Positions 62,366 through 64,000 of a stretch of 64,000 bases of DNA are shown piece by piece. Numbering within the stretch: position 1 is the stretch's first letter; every line of letters starts with the position of its first letter. The notes under the pieces are model-generated. The model saw only the letters and a program-made list of their open reading frames with translations. It was not told the origin of the DNA and made no database searches. The stretch lies in the NCBI RefSeq assembly GCF_018977255.1, contig NW_024704742.1, positions 99,140,001 through 99,204,000 on the forward strand, written 5' to 3'. The stretch comes from Callorhinchus milii. Its lineage: Eukaryota. The translations under genes and the position numbers were made by a program.

Positions 62366-64000
62366 AATGATCAATGTTATCTATTGTTGGCCAGGATACC
62401 AGGAGAAAATCTATCATTTTATATCAGATTCAATGTGATGGTTATAAAACAATACACTTTTATCCCAATATTTCTTCCTTAATAGAAGCAATCGATTAAT
62501 ATTTCTGTCAGGCATTCCAACCATTACATGAAAATGGGACATACTTGTCAGTTTGGATTCACGACCTATTGAGATGCCAATTGGAGACCAAAAAAGTGGA
62601 GAGAGAGTACCTCAATGCCATTCACAGACAGCAGCACAAGCAAATTATCTGGGAAAGGTTTGATTTATCCTGGAGTCCTATACTTTGGACAGAAATTCCA
62701 CCTGCGGTTAGATTTACTCTATTTGCACAAAATTTCAGAGTGCCAGATTTTGGCAAATTCTTAAACGCAGCTTTGATTTAGAAGCCAGCTTTCTGCAAGT
62801 ATCTTTTAAGCTCTACAGAAAAACGGCTTCAAAGTTAAGACTGAATTCAACAATTTGACAAATACTGAACATGTGGAATTTCGCTCTCTCTCCCCCAATT
62901 ACACAAAATTAAAGTGTTATTATTCCTCAGTAACTTTAATAGATACTCATTGTTGCCCTCGGTTACTGGTGTGATGCAGCACCCTCAGCAATTTCCTATG
63001 TGCTTGTGATCCTGGTTCAATCCAGCCTTCGGGGGTTTTCATCCCTGTCACTTTATCTCTGTAACTTTAAGGTTAAAATGGAACTTTAAATAAAATGGAA
63101 GTGACACATTTCAGCATGTTCTTTGTGTAAATGGTTTCAGTGCGAGCTGCTGGTGTCCTACAGCTATAACTGGTGGCCCGACTGTGATGTGTGTATTTAT
63201 GCGATTGGGTCACTTACCATTGGAAACGCAGGATGCTCAGTGGGGAAGCAGAATGAATGTAAGGAGCGAGGAAACCCTGGTAAATGAGAACGACAGTCGT
63301 AAGTTCCCCCACTGAGAATTCTGTTTATAAAAGATATGCTTCACATAATGACATAACAGTGTGTGTTCTGGCTGTAATAGAGGCAATATACTCAGACACT
63401 TTACTTGCAGTTGTGTTCCTCACTGTGTTGCTCAGGGGGAGTTCCTGGTACCAGCTATTCAACTCGTGACATTACAGCTCACAAGACTCAAAATGTGACT
63501 CCAAACTCAAGGCGTTGCCCTATTCTCAATCCCCCGTTGCTTTTACATTGTCTTCCGACTGCCGGAGGGCTTTTGTGGTGACTGATGTTCTGCACACATG
63601 TGCCAATGTCTTGTGATCCTCCAAGTATCATGCTAATAATAATAATTATTACTATTATATTCATTCTTGCATTTGATTTAGAGTCCATAACATCAAAACA
63701 TCTCAAAGTGCTTTACATTAATTACTGTTAAATGAGACAGCCAATTTCCATGCAGCAAGGTGCCACAACAGGTAGGAGATAAATGATCAATTTACCTGGT
63801 GAATTTTTGGGCCCAGGCACCAGGCGAAACTGCCTTCTTTTTTCAGATAATGTTATGAGATCTTGAACAGTTGGTTTAGTGTGTTGACAATACAGCGTTC
63901 TTTCTCCCAGTACTGTACTGGAGTTTCAACCCAGACTGCGATCTGAAATGAAGTTCAATTTCGGCTCTTATATGAAATGAAATTAGAATCATTTTCATAA

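Overview
Vertebrate (eukaryotic) genomic DNA. The repeat content (tRNA-head SINEs with L2 tails, Deu-domain SINEs, L2, CR1, Penelope) points to a cartilaginous fish, probably a holocephalan; this is an inference. The window holds two head-to-head spliced genes. PHAX is on the minus strand (exons 1-5, 9874 to <1, running off the window edge). ALDH7A1/antiquitin is complete on the plus strand (18 coding exons, 14815/14902-41602, 540/511 aa). All exons were rebuilt by hand from GT-AG boundaries and join in frame. The rest is introns and intergenic DNA dense in retroposons, followed by a 22 kb distal region with no recognisable coding exon but with a CpG-rich orphan promoter/first exon and enhancer-like unique blocks. 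Main oddities: (i) a 1.27 kb GAGCT/GGGCT array in ALDH7A1 intron 1, behind a poly-G tract, that mimics an immunoglobulin switch region; (ii) an inverted Penelope-like element pair with one core-intact and one decayed minimal hammerhead ribozyme; (iii) an unclassified ~600 bp structured retroposon family (4 copies) with a covarying hairpin; (iv) a palindromic MITE-like family. No CRISPR array, rRNA or true tRNA gene was found. Family names come from recalled consensus features, not database searches, and repeat boundaries are approximate.
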